A stretch of DNA of 64,000 nucleotides from Lingula anatina (lineage: Eukaryota > Animalia > Brachiopoda), in NCBI GenBank assembly GCA_051362555.1, contig CM120647.1, positions 11,322,651-11,386,650 of the forward strand. Direction: 5' to 3'. How positions within the stretch are numbered: position 1 is the first letter of the stretch; each line of letters opens with the position of its first letter. The notes beneath the pieces are model-generated. The model was not told where the DNA came from and did not search any database. It was given only the letters and a program-made list of their open reading frames with translations. Of the stretch, positions 1 through 41,954 are shown piece by piece. Both the position numbers and the translations under genes were made by a program.

Positions 1-421
1 ATATATTATATTGTATTATAATACCCCTGTCACTACATCTCTACTAACAGGCTGTAGATTGGCTAATTTAGGAAAGTCTCTCTTCCAGTTGTATATATTA
101 TATTGTATTATAATACCCCTGTCACTACATCTCTACTTACAGGCTGTAGATTGGCTAATTTAGGAAAGTCTCTCTCCCAGTTGTATATATTATACTGTAT
201 TATAATATCCCTGTCACTAACTGTCTACTTACAGGTTGTAGATTGGCTACTTTGGGAAACAGTCTCTCTCTCAGTTGTATAATATTATATTATATTATAA
301 TACCCCTGTCACAAACTCTCTACTTACAGGTTGTAGATTGGCTACTTTAGGGAACAGTCTCTCTCTCAGTTGTATATATTATATTGTATTATAATATCCC
401 TGTCACTAACTCTCTACTTAC

Positions 422-29215
<28,794 letters not shown>

Positions 29216-29289
29216 AGCGTGGTTGTTTTTCGCCAACTTTCAGTTGATTATTGTGAGAAAATACAGTATAAATTACGTTTCTACTTTAA

Positions 29290-29640
29290 CGTAACTTTAC
29301 GGTCTGGTCGCCATTTTTCAACTTTTAGAGTCTTAGTTTCGTACTTGATAAAGATTTTGATTGGCTACAAACGAATGCAGAGGCTAACTACCATTATTAC
29401 ATTTAGTTTGGTATTTAAACTCATTTATTTGATACTGCAAATAACCATCTAACTGATCACAGTTTTATACAACATTTTTTTCACGAAGTCACGTTTATTT
29501 TCTTAGATTTTATGAATCCATTTCAATGCTACAACATGTTTCATTTCTCATTTACAAAATGCTGTTACGGAGGTCAAGGTCGACTAATGTATGTCAAGGA
29601 CGACACACAGGGCGTACAATTTGGAAGTGAGTTGAGGGGG
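29290..29640. promoter_or_regulatory. Probable bidirectional promoter region between UBR5 (-) and the MDR dehydrogenase (+)
   Basis: Start codons are head-to-head and ~1.1 kb apart. YY1-type motif CGCCATTTT at 29309-29317, CCAAT box (gattggct) at ~29359, candidate + strand donors gtatgt (29589) and gtgagt (29627), and a branch point/acceptor tactaat...tttcag ending at 30271 upstream of the MDR ATG. Confidence 0.5.
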
Positions 29641-30337
29641 GAATCTGAGAGATTAACCTTTCTGGAGTTTCTGCTTTGAACTTAAATGATTTTGGGAGAC
29701 TTGTTAAGATCCAGTTACGAGTTAGGAGGCAATTCTGCGTTTTGCAAATAAGTGCGGAGGCTCTGTGTTTATTTCAATTATTAAAACAGCATTAATGGGC
29801 TGCGATTGTTTATGAGGTACAGATAATTGAGTATAAAATACAAAATTAAATAGAACGCACCGATGAAATATACAAATAAAAAACCTTTAACATACGAACT
29901 ACCCGGTATATATCTCATCCTAATATATATGATAAAATAGGCCCGCACCTGAGGGCACGCACGCACGTGCGTGGGTGTGATATTCACATAGAGAAAATAC
30001 AGAAGCGATATATACTCTATTTGTCACATCAAGTATAATCGACAAAATTAAATGATAATGGTAACTATTAAGTTGTGGTGATGGTGCATTTAATGCTAAA
30101 GAAATTACCAGTACAAGTACTTTTACCTGTACATGTAACATTGAAAGTAAGAATTAAGGAAGGCCTAGCTTACATACCAATACAGTTTCATATCTTCCTT
30201 ATTATATTGCTGCTGCTGCATTCTTATATATTTGCTTTCACCAATACTGTATGTATACTAATTTATTTCAGGTTTTGAATTTCTAAGAGAAACTATTGGT
30301 CACACACTCACCACCAGTTGCAACGAAGAATCCTGAC

Positions 30338-31357
30338 ATGAGGGTTGTGAAAGTGGCCACTGGAGACAACGAAGAGAATGCCTCAGGGGCGGTACTGTTG
30401 GAAGCACCAGTGCCTTGCCCTAAGCCAGAGGAGGCCTTGGTTAAGGTGCTCCGTGCAGGGATTTGTGCCACAGACCTGGAGATCCTCAAAGGTTACATGG
30501 GCTTCACGGGCGTCATAGGCCACGAGTTTGTAGGCGTGGTTGAAAGTGCGCCCCCTAGCAGTGGTTTCACAAAAGGGGCGAGGGTCTGCGGGGATATCAA
30601 TATGGCGTGTCACTATGACGACTGCACAATTTGTGCTGACAGGGAGTCTGTGATGTGCCGTAACCACTGCCCTAACAGAGAGGTGCTGGGGATATTGAAG
30701 AAGGATGGGACGTACGCGGAATACCTCACCCTGCCAGTCTGCAATCTCCATAAGATACCAGACGAGATAACAGACCAGGAAGCTTGCTTTGTGGAGCCAT
30801 TGGCTGCTGCCTGTAGAATAGTAGAGCAAGGTCTTATCAAGACAGGAGACACAGTGGCGGTCATTGGAGATGGGAAGCTGGGACTCCTCATTACAGAGGT
30901 GTTAGCAACACAGCAATGTTCACAGCTCGTCTTGTTTGGTCGCCATGACAATAAAATGAAGCTGGCACCACCTAGTGTGGAGAGGGTCAATGTGAGGGAT
31001 TGTGCAGCTGAAGTGACCACACAGTTTTCTGAAAAATTTGATGTGGTGGTGGAAGCTTGTGGGCATCCGAGTGGGCTTGTCATGGCTGGGGACTTGGTGC
31101 GCCCTCTGGGGACAGTTGTACTGAAGACCACATGTGCTATGGATTCCGCAGGGTTTAATACTGCAACGTTTGTCATTAAAGAAGTGAAAATCATTGGCTC
31201 TCGCTGTGGACCATTCCAACCTGCTATCAGCCTGCTGGCAACTAAGAAAGTTGACGTCAACAAACTCGTCAGCAAAGTGTACCCCTTCCCTGAAGCCATA
31301 CAGGCCATTCAACATGCAGGAACCAAGGGAACCTTAAAGATCCAGTTGGCAATGTAG
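30338..31357 (+). CDS. Zinc-dependent medium-chain dehydrogenase/reductase (MDR, alcohol/threonine dehydrogenase-like), single coding exon, 339 aa from first ATG
   Basis: Catalytic Zn ligands GICATD and GHEFVG, structural Zn Cys cluster (CHYDDCTICADRESVMCRNHC), FVEPLAAA, Rossmann motif VAVIGDGKLG, VLKTT and IIGSRCGPF. An in-frame TAA at 30284 excludes an N-terminal extension; first ATG at 30338. Confidence 0.93.
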   Translation: MRVVKVATGDNEENASGAVLLEAPVPCPKPEEALVKVLRAGICATDLEILKGYMGFTGVIGHEFVGVVESAPPSSGFTKGARVCGDINMACHYDDCTICADRESVMCRNHCPNREVLGILKKDGTYAEYLTLPVCNLHKIPDEITDQEACFVEPLAAACRIVEQGLIKTGDTVAVIGDGKLGLLITEVLATQQCSQLVLFGRHDNKMKLAPPSVERVNVRDCAAEVTTQFSEKFDVVVEACGHPSGLVMAGDLVRPLGTVVLKTTCAMDSAGFNTATFVIKEVKIIGSRCGPFQPAISLLATKKVDVNKLVSKVYPFPEAIQAIQHAGTKGTLKIQLAM

Positions 31358-32101
31358 TTATAGGGTTCTCCACCAAAACACACCCTGAGCTTCAGAGATA
31401 ACTTGCCAAAACATGACTGAATCTGGGCTGTCTAGTTTGTAGAGCATAACTATTCTATAATCCAAGTGTACACATCCTTTATCAGTATCTCTGATGTGAC
31501 ATTAGAAATGAAGATTGGCTTGTGTTGATAGTATATGTTCTCATACATGTAGTTCATATCTAGTCAGTATGATAATAAGATCTATGGGTAATATTCTGGA
31601 TGATGTTTAAAACAAGTCTCTCTTGCGAAATGCTCATGTATACTACTGGTCACTCCTATACAAAGTAGCACACATTGCATTGATATTGGACTCGGTATAT
31701 AACAGCTAAAGTGCAATCCTCAAAACACGCAAACTGAATTTTTTCAGAATCTCTTGTGATTTGCTGGAAATGGTGGATTCTCAGGTGTCGGTGAAGGAAT
31801 TTAGGGTTAAAACCAGGGGTGTCTGGAGAATATTAGAGAAGCCACAACAGTAATGGGCATACTAGGTGATATTTATTACAACTTGAGACCAAATCTCAGA
31901 CTTCTCCGAGGACGTCCCTGCGCTCTCCAGGCCCTCATATACAGGAGTGCTTTCATGGCAACTGATGTGGAGCCAAATCACTACCTCAATCATTAATAAA
32001 CATAGGGACCATTCCCAGACCCTATCGTGCTAACTGTGGATCGATCTATTTATAAGAGGATTTTTTGCTAAATTGCAATTGACTTAAGCAGCTTAGATGT
32101 C

Positions 32102-32167
32102 TGTCACGCCTACTGAAGCTGCTAGGGGATAATTAATTATCGTTTACCAGCTTCAGTAGGCATGCCA
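32102..32167. other. 66-nt imperfect palindrome/hairpin
   Basis: Arms tgtcacgcctactgaagctgctaggggataatt / aattatcgtttaccagcttcagtaggcatgcca; 27 of 33 positions are Watson-Crick complementary. Confidence 0.85.
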
Positions 32168-35100
32168 TCAAATATATACTCACTGACATATATGAACGTA
32201 TTCTTAGTATAGCAAGTAATGTTCTTGAATTATTTACATCGTAATGTCAAGAAAATTTAAATCTTTCTTGTTCACTTACGGATCTGTTATTCTGCTTGAC
32301 GGTAAATGGTAAAAATAAAAAAGTATTTGTTCTGCTTCGTTTCGCTTTTTTATTGGGGGGTGGGGGGAGGGGGGGCTGCCTACAATGCCAACTGAGCCAT
32401 GCACCCTCGGAGGGTCCCTCCCCTGTCCTATTTCCAGTGTTTTTGTACCAGCAGTGTGAACACTTAAAGAGCACACAGTTGCACACCTGTCTGGTCCGCC
32501 TTGTGCCATCGGAGACCAGTTACCACATCGCAGAGACCGCTGAGACGTGGACCTGGGTCACATATAATCTCAGCTTCAACCCACTAGATTCTTACCCACT
32601 ACCAGGGCCGCAGTTATTATTATGCGGACATTTCTGCTGAGGCCTTGTACAGAGGTTAACGGCGAATTTAACCAGAGTTATATCTGTGAATATCTAGTGA
32701 AAAATCAATCTGTGGCTCTAGTAGAGGGAACTAGGCTATATCGGTGCATTTACGTTCGTGTAGCTGTGGCACTCGTTGCAGTGCTTGTCTGACAGTTTTT
32801 TTTAATTCAAAATGTCTTCCAATCAAATGGAAATGTGGAGAAAGTTATAACTGCAGTACCGTTGAGCAAAGATTTTTTGCGATAATATTAGCCTTCTAAA
32901 ACTAAGCTGACGAACTGAGTTGCGTTTCACAAAAATACCTTTATGAGGAAACTTGGACTACGTTACTTTTAGTTTTGATTTACAAAAAAAAAAAAAAAAC
33001 TTTTATCGTGGGCCAGTGATTTTGAAGGGCTCTGGTAATATTTGTGTTGTGTGTGTGTGAAACTGACCAATGTTACATGTATCTATGCAGTGACAAATTT
33101 CATTAGATCTTTCAAGTAAGACGCGTTATATAGTGTACAGGTATATTCTAATAATGATTTGACAATTAACAAGTCGTCTTCAGATAATATATCATTCGCC
33201 TACATCTTTCACAATTGGAACGCAATGCAGGTTCTGTTATATAATGTAGGCCTACTGAAACTAGTTCAACAATACCAGGGACTGATAAATTCGTAAATCT
33301 AACACTGAAACTTGGGCCGCATTCACAACAGACGATCCTCGGACTAACTAGTCCGCGAATCAAATATGGCCGCCCCTACATGAAAACAATGCCGCATAAT
33401 CTCTTAATTATTGATCTCCCCGCCTACCACACGCGCCACCCATGCAGTAGGCCTACGTGTCTGAGATGTAATTGCTAAGCCTGTTGTGAATGTCGCCTTA
33501 CTTTTAGCAACTGACCGAGGTCGCATGCAGTCTCAACCTGAGACCAAGTGAATTAAAGGTTTCAAGTTCGCTAAATTAAGTTCCAGTATCAGCTTTATTC
33601 ATATTTATCATTCTTATTTTACTAGATGACTAACAACATTCGACATAATTACTGCGCACAATCTCGCTGAATTTAGTCCAGTTAGTAGACTGACAGGGAT
33701 CTTCGTTTACAACGGACTCGTATAATCACCAGCGTTTTTGTATTCTACCCAACGCCAGGAGGGGGTGTTTTAGCCTGCTAATGTGATTGCATTCAGCGAA
33801 TATCCATCCCCTTGGAGTTAGTGTAAGCTAGGTCGAAAAACCTCATTGTGAACGGTCTGAACGCTCCTGAAAGAAAGCAGTTGCAATGGCTTCCTGAGCA
33901 CATTGCCTCGATCACGCTAGGAGTTTCAGTACTATTTCAGCTCTATTGTTCACATGACACATTGAACCCCATTTAATTGGTTCTACAACGAAGGAAGTTA
34001 CGTCAAACCGTTATGTGTGTGCAGTGGTAAAGATAGAAAGGGAAATGGAAAGAGGTATCAAAATCAGGACAGCAATGGCGCACGTGTCTTGAACGCTCTG
34101 TAACAAAACCGTCACACACAGACTGTAATCTAAAGATTGTAATATAATCGATATGAAAACTGCTATGAGAGGAGAACAGTTTTTTTTTCACAAAAATAGC
34201 TTTTTTTCTTTTGAGGTACTTAATTCAAAGGCTAATATGCATACAAATACAACTTTGAGACAAGAAAATTTCGTTTCACAATAAATAACGTTTTTGCCTT
34301 TTTTGTTTTTGGGAATTTTAGTCCAAAGGCTATGATATAGGTACTGCTTTGAGGGAAGAACAATTCTTTTCTCAATAAGTAAAGGAAAACAAAGAGGTAG
34401 AGGCACGACAGTTCAGAATTAAACGGTTGACTAACGCAAGGCATTAGGCAGGGAAAATGCGGGGGTGGGGGTTACTATTTAAATCCAAACAGGTTATATT
34501 TACCGTTTGTGATTTATTCATTTGATCCTTTATGAAGGAAAGGCAAACAGCCCTTTTAATGTTTGGGGGGAAAGGAAAAGCCTAACACATTGTTATGACA
34601 AGGGCGGCTCCAGGATTATTTGAAGGGGGTTCCGCGGTTGCGAAGCCGACCCCCCCTCCCCTCACTTTCTTTGAAATTTGATTTGGCAATAAAAGGATTG
34701 AGAAGTACTGGGCTATTACTTGTTTTGGTGTTTGGACATGGCCCGAGATATCTACGTGTGTTAATTATGGCTCTATTCTGGTCCTCAATCAAATTCTGTA
34801 CCTTGGTTCTAAATTGTTTGAGATGTTCTGTTCTGGTCCTACACCTGTGAATGTCCATCATGACGTGATCAAATGTGGCACCGAAACGTGCCCTTGGCTG
34901 GCTCTGTTATGGTCTCCAATATCTGAAGCTTAAAACCTTAAGAGGCTACCAAAAACGTGTGTCCACTGAATGTTAGAAAGAAATGAATTTTAATTATTTA
35001 AATTCGGTTTATATTTGCTATAATATTTTCTAATATATTTAAAGAACACAAATGTTTTACTGAGTGCCTAGCCTCTTGGATACAATTTAGAACTAAAGGA

Positions 35101-38100
35101 CCGAATTTGACTCATTTATTTGTTTTCAATCGAGTTAATAAGCCCCTCCATAGATTTTGTTTTTCTTACGTCGCACTATAGATGTAATACAGGACGGACT
35201 CTATTACAGTATCTTATGGGTGGTATCAGCATGTCAATATAAGGCATATATATATTAACCGCTGGACTCAATATAACAATAACTCTTTGTAGTGAAAACC
35301 AATTGAAAGCAAATTTAGACGCAGAATATGGACATTTCCGTCGGTTCAAAAGAAGAACACAACGCGGCGAGATAAAGGTTTATGCCTGTAGAGGGAGGAG
35401 ACACAAGACTGCAAATATCTGCCTGGCTTCGCTGGGAAAATATAAAAGACTACACGTTGAGGTCAATTATACCATAATACAGGTATGGAGAAATTGCTTC
35501 GATAAATTTTTGTCTCATTTAGGTCGTTAAGCTGAAATGTGTGTGTGTGTGTGTGAGAGGGGGGGGGGGTGCGCACTGTGCTTTTCCAGCCTTGCATATA
35601 TTTCTAAGTACAGTCTGTATAATTTATAATATATTTCCTTGTGCTGAGACTTACAGAACCCGGTAATGACGTACCGTCACTTGACAAGACAAAGGTCCAC
35701 GCTTTTCTGTGTTGTATGTTAGGTGTGAGCTGTTTCCCTATCACATCATTTCTCCCAGTTGTCAAAACCTCTTTCTCTGTCTGTGAACATGGAAATAGAT
35801 GCCAGTGCCGTGAATCCGTGTTGTACTTGGCTGCGCAGTTTAATTCCCTCGATCCCCGAATTAATTTGTCTGCTTTGAGCTCAAACCCAGCATTCAGAGC
35901 AGTAACTCATTAGTAACAAGTTGCTTTTCTCACGTTGCGAAGCACTGTTTTTTTTTTTTTTTTTTTTTTGATGCGGAAATATCCACTTCACGACCAGTAT
36001 ATATATAACTTCCTGCGTAGTGAAGACTACGCCACAGCAAGCAGAAGCAATACAAAGAAGAAGAGAGTCAGAAGAAACTGTTTTCTGGTAGGTGTTTTTA
36101 TTTTTTCACATTATCTCAATCTCCGCAGAACGTTAACGTTCTGATGTCTTTTGACTTTCTATGAGGTGAGTGGCGTAAGGGGATCGTATCTTACTCAAAG
36201 GCTTAGTTGCCACCTTATAGCTATAGGTCATATTGTGATTATACTGACATTTGAATGTCCAGACTTTTGAAGAAAACAGAAAAGTGAAAAAAGTTAAAGA
36301 TAAATTCGCGATTGCTTTTTTTTTAAACTTCAGTGACAAAAGTGATAACTCTAGCTTTTTGTGTACAACATACAACGGTTTCCGATTCACGCCATGCTCA
36401 GCATAACATTTTAGGACAGCGTTTTTCTGGTTGGCAGTCTTCGCTAATCTCAACCACTATTTATTTCATTAGGCAGGTTCTTCGTTCTGAGCCCATTTTA
36501 ATGTATTGTTATACACCATGGGGATGTTTATTTCATAGAGAACATACTTAAAACCGTGGGGTTAGCTAGATTCCGTGCATACCTCATGTAGCACGGCACG
36601 TATAGTCTTTGATTTTGAGTTTTACCACTCGACGGGCGCATTACCAATAAAACTATCGGATTACGTATGTCGATTCACCTCCGCGGGGACTCCCGCTGAA
36701 TTCAATCAGATTAAAAGATTAACACGCCTCCTTCTGTTTCCTTTGTACTAATAAAAGGAAAAGCTATTTTTTGCATTCTACTCAATGCCGGGGCGTGTTA
36801 ATTGCATTCTGAGAGAGAGAGACAGCCTGCGGAGTTGGATCGATCTACGTATAGACCGTTAGTTACATTGGGAATGAACCCCATTACGTAGCCAGTCACT
36901 GGCATTCATTTCATTAAGCAAAAGAAGACCTTCAATAGAAAGTCGAACTCTTTGAAAGCATCTTTAGGGCAAGTGTATTTGATGGCGAGAGAGGCGAAAG
37001 AGTATATCTATTGAGACAAGAATGAAGAATATTGTAGTGTAGGTTTAACAGTGTAGCAAGGATGACACGCAAACCTGTCACATATGCATCAAAACTAGAT
37101 TAAAAAAAAGCGAAATGTATCAACAGTTTCTAACGAGGTTACCAACTTATTTCATCTCTTAAATACGCACGTTTAACAATTTCGAAATTTGTTTTATTCT
37201 CCCAAGGTCCAAAACTGCGACATTGACCACGACGTCATTAAGGTTAACAAGGGCACATAACTGAAATTCTCGCAGATTTACCATTTATAATCTTATTTTC
37301 CCAGTTGACTCGAACAATGTAGATTTATTATGTATAAAACATCTTCACCAGTTGCAGTGCGTCAGTACGCGCTTCGAAATATCAGACGCGACACCGCTCT
37401 TGCCTAGTACGCGGTGTGATGGTGATCGATGATTCTCAGCGGGGTTGGAAAGTACTGCATCTCATCTCAAAATGTCTACCGGGTATGATACTGTGAAATG
37501 CGTACTGACTCACACCTTGAAAACGGGTAGTGTGGTCCGATCTACCGGTGAATTCGGGATCATTCGGTGCCGAGTTTGGTAGTTGGGTAGGCCAGATAGT
37601 CAAAGGTGCTCACATGAGCAACAAAATGGTAACTCGGCTGGTGTTCGTTTCGAAAATAAAACGTTTGCCAACTTATAATGGAGGACCAATCTTTGGTTTA
37701 AATGACACTCAATTACAACATTTTATGCTTAATGTTTCAAAATTTGCTGACGGGAGGATCCCAAAACCCCAAACCGCGGAGGGGGGGGGGGGGCTTATTG
37801 ACCCTTCCCCCCACGCCTGCCATAAAAAAGAAGCTTACCCTTAATTTGACCCTAGTTCCGCCCCTGCTGATGAAGTTTGCCATTGAAGGTTCCCTGGGTA
37901 TCGAACACTGTCTGCCAGAATCACAAGTACAGATTGATATTTCACTACATATTCACAGATGTCTCTGTCTAATTCATGACACGATTCTCTGCTCGTGCTG
38001 AAAAAAAAAAGAAAAAAAAACATAATTCATCTGCGGCCCTGCAAACGGGTAGTGATCGCCTGCATTTTCTGTTCTCACACGAATCTTGTATCGAAGTCAT

Positions 38101-41100
38101 TAAAAACACTCAGCTTATGTTTCAAAGTTGCAACAACAGTTTTCGAAAATATAAGTACGAAATTACGAAGTTACGAAAATATAAGTAACAATATTTTTGA
38201 CAATAACAACCCTTTGGAAAATATCTGCACGTTTTAAATCCTTAGAATCATAAGACTGCGCTAAGGGGATATTACGAGACGCACGTTTATTTTACTGATA
38301 TATTTTGACCTCAATATCGTATTTTTCTCAATGCTTGGTAATGAATATTTTGCAAATTACTTTCCAAGAAAATCCTGTTTTGCAGCGTGTCGTGTGCCTT
38401 GTCACGATATCGTCTAACTAATCATGAATGTAACTGAAATGAAGATTTTATTAATAAAAAAATTACAAAAACCTCAAACAACTTTAAATAATGACATGCT
38501 GCAAAAGACGTCACGATTTTTTTCCAATTTTTAAAGACGGGCGACACTGCGATAGTAGCCTCAAACTATTTATTGCGCCATTTAAAATAAACATTTTCTT
38601 AGACGTTAGACATCGTGCTCGCTTCCTGACAAGTTGCAAATTTTCTACTTAAGTAAAAATAAACAAGATCGATAGGAGAATATGACATGGTGCTGCGAGT
38701 AACGAAGGTTTAACATGTTGTCCATATATGTGTGTGTGTGTATGTGTGTGTGTCAGAACAGATAAATTTACTTGTAATTTTTTCAGTGATTTAAGTTGCT
38801 AGACGGGAGTAAGTCAAGTTCCACTTGGACAACCGCTCGCTTACTTTTAGTAATAATAAAATGCTAGATGGACCTATATATTGTGAATCAGTGATAATGA
38901 AAGCATGGCAGGAGCAGAAAAACTCGCTCAAAAACGAGTATATGTTTTTAAAACGAAGAAACTCTGTTGGTCTATGCCAGTCTTAGCCATACATGTGCTC
39001 AGTGAAATGTTTCTCATTTGTAGTGGAACGGGTAAACGATTCCCTGTAATATATTGATTCTAAGCCTGGTGTTTTTATCCATTGGCAAACTCCCAAGAAG
39101 ATTGGCTTTGGAAACGGATTTGTCAGCGGGAGTGGAATCAAAATTATACCATTCGGGAGATTATTATAAGAGGATTGAAAATGGCGCGTCTCAGTAGGCG
39201 TATCACTGAGTAGGCGACAGAAATAGGCCTATACTGTGAATAGACATAAATGCTTGATTTGATAACTTTTTGCTGGAAATATATACTTTGGAAAACACAA
39301 AGCTGAAATGACGTTGGACTATGAGTTTGAAGGCAGAGTAACATTAGGTGATGTAGCTTTGAAAAAAAAAACGAAAATGAAAACAAAGTGGAATAACAAA
39401 AAATGTTCAATTTCAGTTTATTTTCTAGTCCTTATGTCCACTAGATTCATACATAAATTCTTATTGAAAAGTCAGTCAAACATGCGTGTATTTATGCTGC
39501 AGCTTCTATCTGGAACCCCAAGTGAACCATTGTCCAACATCAAGTATTGTACACAGATGTGCTGTAATATTCCCCCTTACTGATTTTTTTAATGTTGTGT
39601 GGTGTGTCGAACCACGAACGAGACTGTTTTATAACTAATTGGGTGTTGACTTATAGACGGCCAGCACCATGGGTGGGTGGGTGGGGGGGGGGGAGTGTGA
39701 ACCTCTCATCCGAAAGTACGTTGACTTGGGACCTAATCCTGACATTTTCTCTCTTTTACAGTTTATTCAAAATAATATTTAATATTCAAGAAGTAATTCA
39801 GCGTATCTTCGTCCCAATCGTGGCCATCAAACATGGCCCAGATATTCAGCTATCAATGTTCCGATATAGAGAGTTAAGTTTTTATATCGGAACTGTGGTG
39901 TTGTGTTACTTTTCTCTCCGGGCATAACCCAAGTAGGGAATCATGTACCGAACCTTGATTCTTCAGTAGACGGATATATAAGAACCCTTAGAGTAGAATA
40001 TACCCCGCGGTATCTTAAGGAACTCAGTACAACGAGTCATTAAGGCAATGTCACACCTGGCGTGCGTATAGCATGAACGTATGAGAAAAATTACCAGTAG
40101 GGAGACAAACGTTAGGGATTCGTAAGAATATCGCCATATACGCAGGCAAACGTTCATGTACGTTCGCACACCCGAAAAGAGATGGAATGTTTAGAGCTCG
40201 TACAAAAATTTCATGAGCAGCTTGTATCTTCATTTTCATACGTTGGAAACAGGGTGATTTTACACGCTCAAAGTTGTGGGTATAACACACGCTTGGTGGG
40301 TCAGAGCCGTTCGTTTGCGATATTTCGGCACCGGTATTTTACGTCGGTATCGTTCTTTTTTTTTTTTTTTTTTTTGTAGTAGGGGCAGATCTTATATGAC
40401 ACCAATTATTCAAAAGCTTGTAATGCCGCATGCAAATTTAAGGAGCTTATCACAATTATATCCAAGGCATCAATTTGATAGCAACGTAAACAGCTATTAA
40501 TGTGCCTTAAATTGCCATAATAGGAAACCAGACATTACCGGCAACTGCATGCCAGTTATAAGTCTTCGTGAAGGCAAGTCAACATATTCTTTAAAATTCT
40601 GACAACTTTAAAATATACGCACATGTGCAGGGTTGGACTGCCCCTGAACTGGGGGTAACTTATGTGTAACAACCCTGTAATTTTAAGTTTTTTTTTTTTT
40701 TTTTGGGGGGGGGGGGGCGGAATTCTAAATCTCCAGTTGGATTGTATGTTAACACCCCACACCCGGGGCCTGATCCACAGCAGTACTATACCTTAAAAAT
40801 CAGTTAAAACTTGAAGACCAAATTGTTTCTCCACTTTAACTGACACGATATTAATTAGTATTAGCTCTATTAAATTAAGTACAGCGCGTGTTTTATAACA
40901 GGAGGGGCGCGACTGACAACTTTAATTTTACTGAAGTAACTACTATAGATTTATTTTGAACTGAAATAGCTCGAATTTCAGATCGAAAAGTTAAGACGAA
41001 TTGTGGAGTTTTATCCGTTTTGCGAAAACCGCCAATTGCAATGGCCTCTGCTCTGCAGGGTCGAGTTACTGGTTGTGACGTCACCCGTAGCGATTCTATG

Positions 41101-41906
41101 TGGTTTCATCCGCAAGCAGCCAAGACATTTTGTCAAAGGCAATCAACGTTATGCTATTTATTACTGACAGAGTTACGGAGATTACCGACCATCTCCAATG
41201 TCACATTGCAGTATTAAAGTACATTACACTCTGGGCTTATAAATGGCTTAGGGCTCATTCCCAATAGAAACTATCGGCCTAGCCTCTATTAGGGCGACAG
41301 CTTGATTTTTCACAAGATATTCACAGATATGTATTTGGATAAATAAACAGTCATTTGATCCTCTGCCACCTTGTGATGAAATCTAAAGGCTGATTACATG
41401 GCTGTTAATTGTTTGCATAACTGCTCAGGCACTGCCACTTAACAAGTCTCCTTGACAGCAATCAAGAAAGTTAATTGCTCTGATGTAAAAGAGAGGGAGG
41501 GCATGTTGTAACTATTCCCTAAATGTGACAAGCATCACCTAGCAAGCAGTGACGAGAAGGTTAAAATCATATTAAGCCCAGAAAATGAGAAAGAATTGCA
41601 CGCTGTTGGTAAATACATCCAGAGGGCAATTTCGAAAAGAAATGAGCATCTGCCACACTGAAGTAGCCTCTTCCTGCTATATTATATGTACCATAAGCAT
41701 GGCACATTAGATACATATAGCTATAATCCTATAAAAGTAAAATGTGTGTTCTCCCAGTGTATTGAACTATTTACAATTGTAATAAGTATTATTAAACACT
41801 GTATAAGAAGTAATCCATAGTGATATCTATCTATCTATTTATTTATTTATCTATTTGTAGTATAGAGGGCTAACAAATGTAACTGTCACATTTAATGCTC
41901 GAATAA

Positions 41907-41907
<1 letters not shown>

Positions 41908-41953
<46 letters not shown>
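41908..41953. repeat. (TTA)n microsatellite preceded by AATAAA (possible retroposon tail)
   Basis: gaataaattattattatt... direct reading. Confidence 0.85.

Positions 41954-41954
<1 letters not shown>

Noticed and set aside
389-421. Intronic read-through VSRELVTGIL resembling the next MLLE segment (..SKITGML..)
   Set aside because: Ten residues ending in a stop, directly after a perfect GTAAGT donor; the similarity is compatible with chance.
32480-32700. C-type lectin-like pseudo-exon (ETWTWV ... NQSYICEY)
   Set aside because: Only two short motifs, separated by stops, with no supportable gene structure.
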